Part shown: positions 10,763 to 20,689 of the stretch, piece after piece | Numbering within the stretch: position 1 is the stretch's first letter | Layout of the letters: each line of letters starts with the position of its first letter | DNA from: Calditrichales bacterium | Lineage (GTDB): Bacteria; Calditrichota; Calditrichia; Calditrichales; J004 | Reading direction: 5' to 3' | Length of the DNA stretch: 64,000 nucleotides | Assembly (NCBI GenBank): GCA_965267575.1 | Contig: OZ254086.1 | Coordinates: 4,640,001-4,704,000, forward strand | Made by a program: the position numbers and the translations under genes | Notes under the pieces: model-generated | What the model was told of the DNA's origin: nothing | What the model saw: the letters and a program-made list of their open reading frames with translations, nothing else | The model's database searches: none

Positions 10763-11107
10763 TTAGCCTTTGGGGATGTGGTCGATGCGGGTGACTGGTG
10801 TGGTGGGCGCAACGGGTGTTTCGGAAAACACATGGTTGTCTGAAAAAATGTAAGAGAACGAAACGATTTCCGGCACATTATAGGAAACGAAGCAGGCGCA
10901 CTGGCAGGAATCTTCCCGATCCGGTTCCGCGGGCTTGTCATTGTGTTCTTCGTTTTCCAGGGTGCTGCACAGCGGCGTTTGGCAGATCTCTTCGCTGTCA
11001 CCCTCCAGGCATTGGCTGTCCGGGCAGATGGCCAGACCGGCAACATGCAGCAGCAAAACCATAAAAGCAACGATACGCAGATGTGTGTTCAGTTTTCCGA
11101 AAATCAT
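10763..11107 (-). CDS. Small Cys-rich exported protein, CzcI/DUF2946-like leader of efflux operon
   Basis: Hydrophobic N-terminus, CQCAC cluster, C-terminal IDHIPK motif, first gene of the czcCBA cluster. Confidence 0.65.
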   Translation of the reverse strand: MIFGKLNTHLRIVAFMVLLLHVAGLAICPDSQCLEGDSEEICQTPLCSTLENEEHNDKPAEPDREDSCQCACFVSYNVPEIVSFSYIFSDNHVFSETPVAPTTPVTRIDHIPKG

Positions 11108-11301
11108 TTTGTTATTTACTTGTATTTATAAGGCGAAAATATAAACGTGTGAAAACACAATTCCAAACACGCTAACAGCGTTGATTGTTGCACTTGTTTT
11201 CAACCAGCGGTTGCGCCGACTGCAAGCCAAAAAGTTTCAAGATACCAAACCAGATATAGATAATGCCCAGCAATCGCAGCAAAAAATCGGCAAAAGGTAA
11301 A

Positions 11302-11373
11302 ATGTTACCATTATGTTACCACTAAATAAAAAAAGGGTCTGCGCCGCTTCCCCTCATAACGTCGCAAACCCTT
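11302..11373. mobile_element. Putative att-site flank of an island integrated at tRNA-Leu
   Basis: ATGTTACCA direct repeat (11302-11310, 11313-11321) and imperfect inverted repeat 11333-11373 just 3' of the tRNA. Confidence 0.5.
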
Positions 11374-11381
11374 GTAATTAC

Positions 11382-11470
11382 TGGTACCAGAGGGGGGACT
11401 CGAACCCCCACTCGGTATCACCCGAAACGGATTTTGAGTCCGCCGCGTCTACCAATTCCGCCACTCTGGC
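11382..11470 (-). tRNA. tRNA-Leu (CAA)
   Basis: Minus strand GCCAGAGTGGCGGAATTGGTAGACGCGGCGGACTCAAAATCCG...GGTTCGAGTCCCCCCTCTGGTACCA; anticodon loop CTCAAAA, long variable arm, encoded CCA. Confidence 0.97.
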
Positions 11471-11528
11471 ATATCGTTTTCAAAAGCTTTTAAATGTAGG
11501 AGTCTCTTTCATAAAAGTCAACGCACAA

Positions 11529-12590
11529 TCAGGCCCTGATCATCGGCAATCTAAAATAAAATGTGGAGCCTCCGCCCGGCGTCTCACGCACGCCAATATG
11601 TCCTTCATGCGCCTCTACCAGCGTACGTGCGATGTACAAACCCAGGCCAAATCCCTTACGCTGCTTTTTGGGAACGCGGAAATACTTGCTGAACACCTGC
11701 CCGGCATCCGCACTGCTAATTCCCCCACCCTCATCGGCCACGGAAATTTCCACAAAAGATTGTCCTTTTTCTTCAATAACTCCTGCGCTTATCTGGATAC
11801 TGCCGTCCGCCGGGCTATGTTGAATGGCATTACTGATCAGGTTGGTTAAAACGCGGTTAAGGGCCTGGCGGTCCGCCTGCAGCTCAATATCTTCATCCGG
11901 AAAATTAAAACGAAATTTAAGATTCCTGGAATCGGCCTGGACCCACAGGTTCTGGATAACTTCGTGCACAAGCTTCTTTACAAAAAAGCGCGAGCGCAGC
12001 AGCTTAACGGCACCCTCTTCATAACGCAGCACATCGCCAAGCTCATCAATCATATCCACCATCATATCCGAAATGCGTTCGGCGTTGTCTATCAACTGTT
12101 GCTGGCCTTCATTCAACTTCCCGAAAACCTCATCCTGTAAAAGCTCCAGATAGCTCAGTATGCTTTGGAAAGGCGAACGCAGGTCATGAATGAGCATGGC
12201 GGCATATTCGCTTTGCCGTCGGGCTTTTTGGTGAATTCGGAACAGGCCTTTAAAAAAATCGCCGGGAGCAGCACATGTTAAAATATGTTTTTCCGTCAGA
12301 AACAGGTCCAGTTCGCCAATCTCCATGGAGCTTTGAGGAGCTATGCCCACGAAAAGCGAACTCTCTTTAACCAAGCGCGTGGACTTGAAAAACTGCCTGA
12401 CGCTTTCACGGTCATCAGTGTCATAAAAAAAGAAAATGACATCGCACTTATGGCGAAAAAACCGTTGCTGCAGATCTTCGCAATCTTCAAACTTCTCGAC
12501 GTCCATATTCAATTCTACTAATGCATCCAGGCATTTTTGGGCACTGTCGTTAATGCCCTTCGAGTAAACCAGTACGCTCTGGCTTTCCAT
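11529..12590 (-). CDS. Cytoplasmic histidine kinase (degenerate receiver-like N-terminus, HisKA, HATPase_c)
   Basis: IHDLRSPF H-box, NLISNAIQHS, DEGGGI, GFGLGLYI, GGGSTF. Confidence 0.9.
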   Translation of the reverse strand: MESQSVLVYSKGINDSAQKCLDALVELNMDVEKFEDCEDLQQRFFRHKCDVIFFFYDTDDRESVRQFFKSTRLVKESSLFVGIAPQSSMEIGELDLFLTEKHILTCAAPGDFFKGLFRIHQKARRQSEYAAMLIHDLRSPFQSILSYLELLQDEVFGKLNEGQQQLIDNAERISDMMVDMIDELGDVLRYEEGAVKLLRSRFFVKKLVHEVIQNLWVQADSRNLKFRFNFPDEDIELQADRQALNRVLTNLISNAIQHSPADGSIQISAGVIEEKGQSFVEISVADEGGGISSADAGQVFSKYFRVPKKQRKGFGLGLYIARTLVEAHEGHIGVRETPGGGSTFYFRLPMIRA

Positions 12591-12591
12591 C

Positions 12592-13374
12592 TTACTTGCC
12601 TTTAAAATTAGCTTTTCGTTTTTCCAAAAAAGCCGTTGTCCCTTCCTTCATATCTTCCGTGGTAAAGCACATGCCAAAATAATTGGCCTCCATATCCAAT
12701 GCTTCATTTAACGCCATGCTTCCGCCTTTGTTTACGGCTTCAATGCTATAACGCACAGCCAGCGGCGCTTTTTCCAAAATCTTTCCGACTGTCTTCATCC
12801 CTTCGTCCAAAAGCTCTTCCGCCCTGCAAACCTTGTTCACCAGCCCCATTTCCAAAGCACGTTCGGCGCCAACCATATCGCCGCTCAACAAAAGCTCCAT
12901 CGCCGGCCCTTTGCCTACCAGCCTGGGCAGACGTTGCGTGCCGCCGTAGCCTGCAACCAATCCCAGGTTTACCTCAGGCTGGCCGAAGCGCGCGTTCTCA
13001 GAAGCATATCTGAAGTGGCACGCCATCGCCAGCTCGCAACCGCCGCCAAGGGCAAAACCATTTACCAACGCAATAACGGGCTTGGGGCAATTTTCAATCT
13101 TGTTGAATATATGCTGCCCCCTGCGCGATAAAGCGATGGCCTCATTCATGGCAAGGCCGCCAAAGCCTGAAATATCCGCGCCGGCCACAAATGCCTTTCC
13201 ACCGGAACCCGTAATCAAAACGCCGCCAACAGAAGCATCATCATAAACGCGTTGCATGGCGTTCTCAAGCTCGTCCAGCGTCTCCGCGTTCAGGGCGTTC
13301 AACTTATCCGGGCGATTTATGGTGATAGTAGCTATAGCTCCCTTTTGCTCAAATAAAATATTAGAGTAAGTCAT
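12592..13374 (-). CDS. crt: Enoyl-CoA hydratase (crotonase)
   Basis: INRPDKLNALN, AFVAGADI, NGFALGGGCELAMAC, FGQPEVNLG; start moved to ATG 13374 behind GGAGGA. Confidence 0.9.
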   Translation of the reverse strand: MTYSNILFEQKGAIATITINRPDKLNALNAETLDELENAMQRVYDDASVGGVLITGSGGKAFVAGADISGFGGLAMNEAIALSRRGQHIFNKIENCPKPVIALVNGFALGGGCELAMACHFRYASENARFGQPEVNLGLVAGYGGTQRLPRLVGKGPAMELLLSGDMVGAERALEMGLVNKVCRAEELLDEGMKTVGKILEKAPLAVRYSIEAVNKGGSMALNEALDMEANYFGMCFTTEDMKEGTTAFLEKRKANFKGK

Positions 13375-13515
13375 TACCAGTCCTCCCAGGATGTCACAAA
13401 TTGATGATAAATTTTGCAAAAGTTCTAATATATAAAATTAATTTTGTGTAAGGAATCTAACACGGTGATTGGAAAGTGCGGGTGGCTCAAAAAGACAATC
13501 GACAAGAATAAAAAA

Positions 13516-13566
13516 GGGGAAGCTGCACAAATTAAGGAGGCCTGGTATGATCCGTGCAACTTCCCC
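13516..13566 (-). terminator. Hairpin downstream of thymidylyltransferase gene
   Basis: GGGGAAGCTGCAC...GTGCAACTTCCCC inverted repeat with adjacent A-run (U-tract on minus strand). Confidence 0.5.
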
Positions 13567-13574
13567 GGAGAACA

Positions 13575-14639
13575 TTACAAAAGTTCCACTCTGCTCTGAT
13601 CTCCTATCAAGAAACGGTGTGTTGCCGGTTTTGTTCCGGCTTTGACGATTTCCACATCATTTCCAAGGAGGCTGTGTTCAATTCTTATGTCCACATCCAT
13701 AATCTTACAATCCTTTAAAATGATGGAAAATTCCACCTCGCTGTTTGTAATCCTGCAATCATCATAGATTGAGGTGAACGGTCCGATGTAGCTGTTGTCA
13801 ATAACCGTGTTCCTGCCGATGATGGCCGGGCCGCGCACCGTGGAGTTTATAATCTGCGCGCCCTTTTCCAGTATCACTTTCCCGGAAACGAAAGAGTTAT
13901 CGTCGATTGTGCCGTCAAGGCGCGGCGTTGCGTTATCCAGAATAAGGCGGTTGGCTTCCAGCAAATCATATGGCTTACCGGTATCTTTCCACCAGCCGGT
14001 GATTTCGGAGTAGCTGATGCTGTAGCCCTTGTCCAGCAGGTACTGGTGCGCGTCTGATATTTCCAGCTCGCCGCGGGCGCTGGGTTTAATGTTGTTCACC
14101 GCTTCAAAAATAGTTTTGTCATACAGGTAAATCCCGGAAACGGCAAACTCGCTTTTTGGCTTTTTGGGCTTTTCTTCAATGGACACGATGCGTCCGTCTT
14201 TCAGTTCCGGTACGCCGAAGCGCTCCGGGTCTTTTACATGCGCCAGCGTTAAGTGGCAATTGCTGCCGCTGGACTCAAAGGCATCTACAAAACGCTTTAA
14301 ACCGCCCACTACCATATTGTCGCCCAGGTAAAAAACAAAAGGCTCATCGCCGATAAAGTCCTGGGAAATTTTCACCACATGCGCCAGACCCAGCGGCGCC
14401 TCCTGCGGAATGTAGCTGATCTTAACGCCCCATGCGTCACCGTTACCGATGGCTTTGGGAACCGCGTCGGAATCGGCGCTGTAAACGATACCGATCTCCT
14501 TGATGCCGGCTTCAACGGCATAATCGATGGCGTAGTGTAGAATGGGTTTGTTGGCAATAGGAATAAGATGTTTGTTTTGCGTGTGGGTCAGGGGCCGGAG
14601 ACGCGTTCCCCGCCCGCCGCTTGTAATAAGAGCTTTCAC
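13575..14639 (-). CDS. rfbA: Glucose-1-phosphate thymidylyltransferase, long form
   Basis: KALITSGGRGTRLRPLT, KPSARGELEISDA, WWKDTG, C-terminal LbH repeats; probable GTG start 14639. Confidence 0.9.
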   Translation of the reverse strand: MKALITSGGRGTRLRPLTHTQNKHLIPIANKPILHYAIDYAVEAGIKEIGIVYSADSDAVPKAIGNGDAWGVKISYIPQEAPLGLAHVVKISQDFIGDEPFVFYLGDNMVVGGLKRFVDAFESSGSNCHLTLAHVKDPERFGVPELKDGRIVSIEEKPKKPKSEFAVSGIYLYDKTIFEAVNNIKPSARGELEISDAHQYLLDKGYSISYSEITGWWKDTGKPYDLLEANRLILDNATPRLDGTIDDNSFVSGKVILEKGAQIINSTVRGPAIIGRNTVIDNSYIGPFTSIYDDCRITNSEVEFSIILKDCKIMDVDIRIEHSLLGNDVEIVKAGTKPATHRFLIGDQSRVELL

Positions 14640-14792
14640 ACAATTCTCCACGGTTTTGGGTTTCGGTATTGAAATAATTTACGTTATTTTAGATTTATTA
14701 TCGAACCGGAGGAAGAAGATTGAATTGTTGAAGTATTGAATTTGTGAATTCTAGAGACTGCCTCTCCAGGTAATCCAAATTTTCAAATCAAT

Positions 14793-14840
14793 AATTCAGT
14801 AATTCGGCAATTCAGCAATTCAGCAATTCAGCAATTCAAA
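14793..14840 (+). repeat. 8-bp tandem repeat (AATTCAGC), six units
   Basis: AATTCAGT AATTCGGC AATTCAGC x3 AATTCAAA. Confidence 0.9.
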
Positions 14841-14871
14841 AAATCAATAGTTAACCCCAAAAGGAAACATC

Positions 14872-17685
14872 ATGCACCGCGTACTATGCTTTTTATTTCT
14901 GATCGTATCCCTGGCCGCATCACAAGAGCAGCCGCTTTCCGGGCAACTGCCACTGGACAGCACCCTTCAAAAAGGCGTTCTGGACAATGGACTCACTTAT
15001 TACATCCGCCACAACGAAGAGCCGCGCGACCGCGCCGAGCTGCGCCTGGTGGTGAAGGCCGGTTCCATCCTGGAGGAAGAATCTCAAAGAGGTCTGGCCC
15101 ATTTTCTGGAGCACATGGCTTTTAATGGTACTAAAAATTTCCAGAAGCAGGAGCTGGTAAGTTTTCTGGAATCAATCGGCATGCGCTTTGGCCCGGACAT
15201 TAACGCCTACACCAGTTTTGATGAAACGGTCTACATGCTGCAGGTGCCAACCGATTCGCTGGAAATTTTGCAAACCGCTTTCCAGGTATTGGAAGACTGG
15301 GCGCATAACATCAGCCTCGATCCGGAAGAGATCGACAAGGAGCGCGGCGTGGTTATCGAAGAGTGGCGTTTAAGGCGCGGCGCCGGGGCACGTTTGCGCG
15401 ATAAGCAGTTTCCCGTTCTCTTTCACAACTCCCGCTACGCCGAGCGTCTGCCCATTGGCAAAAAGGAAATCCTGGAAAGCTTTGATTATCAAACACTGCG
15501 TGATTTTTACGAAACCTGGTACCGCCCGGAACTGATGGCCGTTGTCGCCGTGGGTGACTTCGATGAAGCGCAGATACGGGAATTTATCATCAAGCATTTC
15601 AGCAATATCAAAAGCAGGCCGCAGGCGCCGGAGCGTACGTCCTACCCCGTTCCCGGACATGACAGCACGCTCTACTCCATCGAAAGCGATCCTGAGGCGC
15701 GCTTTTCCAGCGTTTCCGTTTACAAGAAAATTGGCCTGCAGGAACAGCAGACTCACGCCGCTTACCGCCGGGGCATCGTGGAGCAGCTTTACTTCGGCAT
15801 GCTCAATAATCGCCTCAACGAGCTGACGCAAAAACCTGAACCGCCCTACCTCTACGCCTCCACCGGCAAAAGCCGTTTTAACCTGAAGCGCGGCTTCGTC
15901 ACCATGAATGTCGTCGTGCGTGATAACGGGCTGGAGAGCGGGTTCGAAGCATTGCTGGCGGAAACCGAACGCGTACGTCAGCACGGCTTTACAGCGCAGG
16001 AATTTGAGCGGGAGAAAAAGAGCATCATGCGAAGCCTGGAGCAGGCCCTGCGCGAAATGGACAAGCGCAAATCGGGCAGCTATGCCGCGGAATACATCCG
16101 CAATTTTTTGGAGGATGAACCTGTGCCCGGACTGCCCTACGAATATGATATGTACGAGCGTTTTATGCCCGGTATCGGCCTGGACGGGGTAAACGCACTG
16201 GCCGATAAATGGATCAGCGGGGACAGCCGCGTAGTGCTGGTGGCCGTGCCTGAAAAAGAGGGCCTGCAATTACCTGAAAAGGAAACATTACAGAACATCA
16301 TGCAAAAAGTGAGCGGGCAATCCTTTGCCGCCTACAGCGATGAACTGCCGGAAGGACCGCTGGCGCAGACACCGCAAAACCCTGGCAAAGTTGTCAAAAC
16401 GGAGCAGGTTGAAGAGATCGGGCTGACCATCTGGACGCTGGAAAACGGAGTGCGCGTTTATCTGAAACCAACCAATTTCAAGAATGACCAGATTCTTTTC
16501 TCCGCCTCCAGCCATGGCGGTCTGTCACTGATTTCCACCGACTCATTGGTTTCGGCGCAGGCAGCGGATGCGCTGGTGTCTCAAAGCGGTTTAGGCCCGT
16601 TCAACAATATTCAATTGCAAAAATATCTCAGCGATAAGGTGGCCGGCGTACGCCCTTATATCAGCCGCCTCAGCGAAGGATTTTCCGGCAGCGCCTCACC
16701 GCAGGATCTGGAAACACTGCTGCAGATGGTCTACGTCTACTTCAACGGCGTAGACATTGACACCACCACTTTTGCCGCCTTTATGGAACGGGTGCGCGGC
16801 ATTTACGAAAACCGCGCCGCGGACCCCGGCAGCGCCTTCCAGGACACGCTCAACACTGTAATGACGCAAAACCATCCGCGCTTCGGCAACTGGAATCTAA
16901 AGACCCTTGATAAAATCGACCGGCAGCAGGCGCAAAGGGTTTTTAATCAGCGTTTTGATGACGGTGATGATTTTACTTTTTTCATTGTGGGATCGTTAGA
17001 GCCCGATTCGATACGGGGCCTGGTGGAAATGTGGCTTGGCAGCCTGCCGGTGCAGCCTTCGTCCGAAAAATGGCTCGACAAAACCTATGATTATCCCGAT
17101 GGTATGATCCGTAAAAACGTGCATAAAGGGCTGGAGGAGAAAAGCCGCGTATCGCTCAACTTTACCGGTACAATCGAATGGAGTATGCAAAACCGCATGA
17201 CCGCTTCCTGGCTGGAAGACGTTCTGCGCATTAAGCTGCGTGAGGAATTGCGCGAGGACCGCGGCGGCACCTACGGCGTGGGAGTGAGCGTGGACCTGGC
17301 CCACTTTCCCAAAGAACGTTACCGTCTGCAGATCAGTTTTGGGAGTGAGCCGTTGCGCACAAATGAGCTTGTGGATGCCGTATTCCGCGTGGCCGATTCC
17401 ATCAGCCAATTGGGCCCCGATAAGGAAACGATGGATAAAGTGCGCGAAATTAAGCGCCGCGACCATGAAACTAATCTGCGTGAGAACGGCTATTGGCTCA
17501 ACCAGCTGGAATTTGCCTGGTTTCACGGCATTGATCCGGCCTTTGTAACAGAAATACCGCAGCGCCTTGAGGAAGTAACTGCGGAGGAGGTTCAGCAAAT
17601 GGCCCAAAAAATGATCAGCCGGGAGAAATATGTCCGTGTAGACCTGTATCCGCAGGAGCTTCCCGGCAGCACGGAAGCGCGTTAA
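14872..17685 (+). CDS. pqqL: M16-family periplasmic zinc protease (PqqL-like)
   Basis: Signal peptide, GLAHFLEHMAFNGT (HxxEH), NAYTSFDETVY, LREDRGGTYG. Confidence 0.93.
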   Translation: MHRVLCFLFLIVSLAASQEQPLSGQLPLDSTLQKGVLDNGLTYYIRHNEEPRDRAELRLVVKAGSILEEESQRGLAHFLEHMAFNGTKNFQKQELVSFLESIGMRFGPDINAYTSFDETVYMLQVPTDSLEILQTAFQVLEDWAHNISLDPEEIDKERGVVIEEWRLRRGAGARLRDKQFPVLFHNSRYAERLPIGKKEILESFDYQTLRDFYETWYRPELMAVVAVGDFDEAQIREFIIKHFSNIKSRPQAPERTSYPVPGHDSTLYSIESDPEARFSSVSVYKKIGLQEQQTHAAYRRGIVEQLYFGMLNNRLNELTQKPEPPYLYASTGKSRFNLKRGFVTMNVVVRDNGLESGFEALLAETERVRQHGFTAQEFEREKKSIMRSLEQALREMDKRKSGSYAAEYIRNFLEDEPVPGLPYEYDMYERFMPGIGLDGVNALADKWISGDSRVVLVAVPEKEGLQLPEKETLQNIMQKVSGQSFAAYSDELPEGPLAQTPQNPGKVVKTEQVEEIGLTIWTLENGVRVYLKPTNFKNDQILFSASSHGGLSLISTDSLVSAQAADALVSQSGLGPFNNIQLQKYLSDKVAGVRPYISRLSEGFSGSASPQDLETLLQMVYVYFNGVDIDTTTFAAFMERVRGIYENRAADPGSAFQDTLNTVMTQNHPRFGNWNLKTLDKIDRQQAQRVFNQRFDDGDDFTFFIVGSLEPDSIRGLVEMWLGSLPVQPSSEKWLDKTYDYPDGMIRKNVHKGLEEKSRVSLNFTGTIEWSMQNRMTASWLEDVLRIKLREELREDRGGTYGVGVSVDLAHFPKERYRLQISFGSEPLRTNELVDAVFRVADSISQLGPDKETMDKVREIKRRDHETNLRENGYWLNQLEFAWFHGIDPAFVTEIPQRLEEVTAEEVQQMAQKMISREKYVRVDLYPQELPGSTEAR

Positions 17686-17756
17686 AAAAGCGTATCGTAA
17701 ATTGATTGGAATGTGTCAACAGGCTAAATTATGTTCTTGCACAAAAGGGCCTTTAT

Positions 17757-18113
17757 ATGGATTACATTCGCCTTAAAAACATAATCTTTTACGCCCATCA
17801 CGGCTATTACAAGGCCGAGCGGGAACTGGGTCAGAAATTCGAGATCGACATTGAGGTGGCCTGCGACCTGAGGCAAAGCGCGGCCAGCGACGATCTGAAG
17901 GAAACGATCGATTACAGCCGTATTTATACCATGGCCCGCGAGACATTCGAACGGCATAAATTCAAGCTGATCGAAACGGTGGCCCAGAAAATGGCGGATG
18001 AAGTGTTAAAGATCGAAGGGATTAAATCTGTGTTGATACGCGTGCGCAAACCACACGTACCGATGAACGGCCTGCTGGACCACGTGGAAGTGGAGATTTT
18101 GCGGGAACGCTGA
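17757..18113 (+). CDS. folB: Dihydroneopterin aldolase
   Basis: FYAHHG...ERELGQKF, SDDLKETIDY, LIETVA, VRKPHVP; start moved to ATG 17757. Confidence 0.95.
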   Translation: MDYIRLKNIIFYAHHGYYKAERELGQKFEIDIEVACDLRQSAASDDLKETIDYSRIYTMARETFERHKFKLIETVAQKMADEVLKIEGIKSVLIRVRKPHVPMNGLLDHVEVEILRER

Positions 18114-18604
18114 TGGGCAGGCGCCACACATATTTACTGGGTTTGGGCAGCAACATCGAGCCGCGCGAGGCTTATTTGTTAAAAGCGCGCAACGTCCTGC
18201 AACGCTATGGCAGAGTAGAAAAAAGTGCTTCACTTTACGAAAGCAGCGCTTACGGGGTCACGGAGCAGGCGGATTTTTTAAACAGCGCCGTTGTTTTTTC
18301 CTGCGGGTTTGGGCCGCGCCGGCTGCTGGGTACAATTAAACACACAGAAAAAGAGCTGGGCCGCGAAGTACGGCAGCGCTGGGGCCCGCGAGAAATCGAC
18401 ATCGACATTCTGGCGTGGGACGGCGGTGAATTTGAGGAAGATGGTTTGAGCGTGCCGCACAGAGAACTGGCACAGCGCCGTTTTGTGCTGGCGCCGCTGG
18501 CAGAAATAGCGCCGGACTGGACAGCAGACGGCAAAACAATGCAAGAATTATTTAAGCTTTGTCGGGATGAGGGCACAGTGCGCATCGTGAAAAAAGAATG
18601 GTAG
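18113..18604 (+). CDS. folK: 2-amino-4-hydroxy-6-hydroxymethyldihydropteridine diphosphokinase
   Basis: LGLGSNI, QADFLN, RWGPREIDIDIL, VPH...RRFVLAPL. Confidence 0.95.
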   Translation: MGRRHTYLLGLGSNIEPREAYLLKARNVLQRYGRVEKSASLYESSAYGVTEQADFLNSAVVFSCGFGPRRLLGTIKHTEKELGREVRQRWGPREIDIDILAWDGGEFEEDGLSVPHRELAQRRFVLAPLAEIAPDWTADGKTMQELFKLCRDEGTVRIVKKEW

Positions 18605-19230
18605 CAAAAAGAACCGGATTTAAATATATCGCCGTGGAAGGCGTAATCGGCGCGGGCAAGACCAGCCTGGCACTTCAACTGAGCGAGTGGTATGGCGCGC
18701 ACATGGTGGAAGAGGAATTCGAGAACAATCCTTTTTTGGCTGATTTTTACAAAGACCGGCGGCGCTATGCTTTCCAAACGCAAATTTTCTTTTTGCTCAG
18801 CCGCTTCCGGCAGCAGGAGCAGTTGCGCCAGTATGATCTGTTTCAAAGCCGTATTGTCAGCGATTATATGTTTCAAAAGGACCGCATTTTTGCCACCATG
18901 AACCTTACAGACGCGGAGATGAAGCTGTACGACGGTTTGGCGCGCATCATGGAGCAGCAGATTGCGATACCGGATTTTGTCATTTATCTTCGTGCAACGA
19001 CCAAAAGACTTATGCACAACATCCGCTTGCGCAACCGCAGTTACGAACAGGACATGAGCGAGGAATATATCGATACGCTGAACACGCTTTATGATGACTA
19101 TTTCCAGCATTATAAAGACACGCCGCTGATAACCGTGCCGGCGGATGAGCTGGATTTTGTGAACAATAGTAAAGACTTTAAAAAAATAATCGACCTGATA
19201 ACCAAGCAGGTCAATACGTTATCGGCCTGA
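18598..19230 (+). CDS. Deoxynucleoside kinase
   Basis: IAVEGVIGAGKTSL, NPFLADFY, FQTQIFFLLSR. Confidence 0.92.
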   Translation: MVAKRTGFKYIAVEGVIGAGKTSLALQLSEWYGAHMVEEEFENNPFLADFYKDRRRYAFQTQIFFLLSRFRQQEQLRQYDLFQSRIVSDYMFQKDRIFATMNLTDAEMKLYDGLARIMEQQIAIPDFVIYLRATTKRLMHNIRLRNRSYEQDMSEEYIDTLNTLYDDYFQHYKDTPLITVPADELDFVNNSKDFKKIIDLITKQVNTLSA

Positions 19231-19238
19231 AACATTTT

Positions 19239-19424
19239 ATGATACGAATAATCTTATACGGAATAATTGCTTATCTGCTTTACAGACTGGTCAGACGCCT
19301 GTTTCTGCCACCGCGCGGTGGCGTTAAAGATACCCGCAACAAGCAGAATGACCGGCGCGATGAAGACGTTCAAAAACGAATGGGCGGAAAAATAGAGGAC
19401 GCCGACTTTGAAGACATCGAATGA
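19239..19424 (+). CDS. Small single-TM protein
   Basis: Hydrophobic N-terminus, C-terminal IEDADFEDIE motif; fits operon spacing. Confidence 0.65.
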   Translation: MIRIILYGIIAYLLYRLVRRLFLPPRGGVKDTRNKQNDRRDEDVQKRMGGKIEDADFEDIE

Positions 19425-20685
19425 GGCCACTAACAGTGTAGCGCAACATGACGCGGTGTATGACGCGTCGCTGCTGCAAAAGCTGCATCATATGATGCTT
19501 GCGGTAAACGGTATAAGCCGCATGGGCAAACTGCAACAGGTGATGGCCGATAGTCTATGCGAGATTGTGCCCTGCCAGCGTTGCATCGTCTGGGTGTACA
19601 ATAAAAGGGACGGGCTGCTGCGCACGGAGATTGACGGGAAAAAGATGGAGGTGATGGCCGTAGAGAGCCTGGCCGGAATCGCCGTTGAAAACCGCGAGCG
19701 CGTAATGCTTTCCAGCCCCACGACACATGCCCTTTATAATCCCGGAACGGATGCTTTGCGCGGCGCCACCACCGGCTACCTGCTGTGTCAGCCGGCGCTC
19801 TCAGCGGAAGGCGAGGTGCTGGCCGTTCTGCAGTTGATGAATACTTCAATGCACCATTTTACGCCATCGGAATTAAAGCTGGTGGAATTGTGGGCGCCCC
19901 TTGCCGGAGGACTTTTCCGCACAATTACAAAAGCGGCGCAATACCGCGAAGCATTTGATTCCATGGTCAATCTCATTTCGCAAGTCAATGATGCCCGTGA
20001 TTACATTGCTTCGGGACATTCGCGGCGGGTAACATTATACGCGCTGGAGCTGGGGCGCCAGATGAATCTGCCGCCCGGCGAAATGGAGCAGTTACGTTAC
20101 GCCGGACTGCTGCACGATCTGGGAAAGCTTGGTATCCCGGAGCTGATCCTGTTCAAGGACAAACGTCCCAGCGATGACGAATACCAGATCATCAAAAAGC
20201 ACGCCTCAATGACAAGGCAGTTGCTTCAGCGGATACGTTTTCCCGAAACTCTTGGCAACCTGGCGGAAGTGGCATCGGCGCATCACGAACGTCTTGACGG
20301 AAAAGGCTACCCGTTGGGCCTTACCGCTGATGCGATCCCGCAAAACGCTAAAATCCTGGCCATCTGCGATGTATTTGACGCGTTGACCTCACGCCGCCCC
20401 TACCAGGACCGGCTGGCCATCAGTGAAGTGCTGGAGATTATCGATAAAGAAACCAATCACGCCTTTGAACCTTTCCTTGTTTACCACTTCAAACAGATCC
20501 CGCTTAACAGACTGATCCAGATACTGGAATTCGGCAAAAACGCCGACCTTGATGACGAGGACCTGGCCTTTTTGGGAGACTATGTGGTAAGCGACCTGCT
20601 AAATAAAGAAAAGATTAAAAGCGACGCACAGGCCCGGCTGGAAAGCACCTTTATGCGTTATTACACCCGAAAATACAGAAGTTGA
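19408..20685 (+). CDS. GAF plus HD-GYP domain protein (c-di-NMP phosphodiesterase)
   Basis: GHSRRV, LLHDLGK, HHERLDGKGYP, DVFDALTSRRPY. Confidence 0.9.
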   Translation: MKTSNEATNSVAQHDAVYDASLLQKLHHMMLAVNGISRMGKLQQVMADSLCEIVPCQRCIVWVYNKRDGLLRTEIDGKKMEVMAVESLAGIAVENRERVMLSSPTTHALYNPGTDALRGATTGYLLCQPALSAEGEVLAVLQLMNTSMHHFTPSELKLVELWAPLAGGLFRTITKAAQYREAFDSMVNLISQVNDARDYIASGHSRRVTLYALELGRQMNLPPGEMEQLRYAGLLHDLGKLGIPELILFKDKRPSDDEYQIIKKHASMTRQLLQRIRFPETLGNLAEVASAHHERLDGKGYPLGLTADAIPQNAKILAICDVFDALTSRRPYQDRLAISEVLEIIDKETNHAFEPFLVYHFKQIPLNRLIQILEFGKNADLDDEDLAFLGDYVVSDLLNKEKIKSDAQARLESTFMRYYTRKYRS

Positions 20686-20689
20686 ATGT

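Noticed and set aside
10630..11070. 146-aa alternative ORF upstream of czcC
   Set aside because: Overlaps 10763-11107 in another frame; the latter has the leader-protein pattern
15370..19110. Long antisense ORFs (299, 203, 286 aa) and similar shadows across czcA, SNF2 and susC
   Set aside because: Opposite well-supported genes, no motifs; typical codon-bias artefacts
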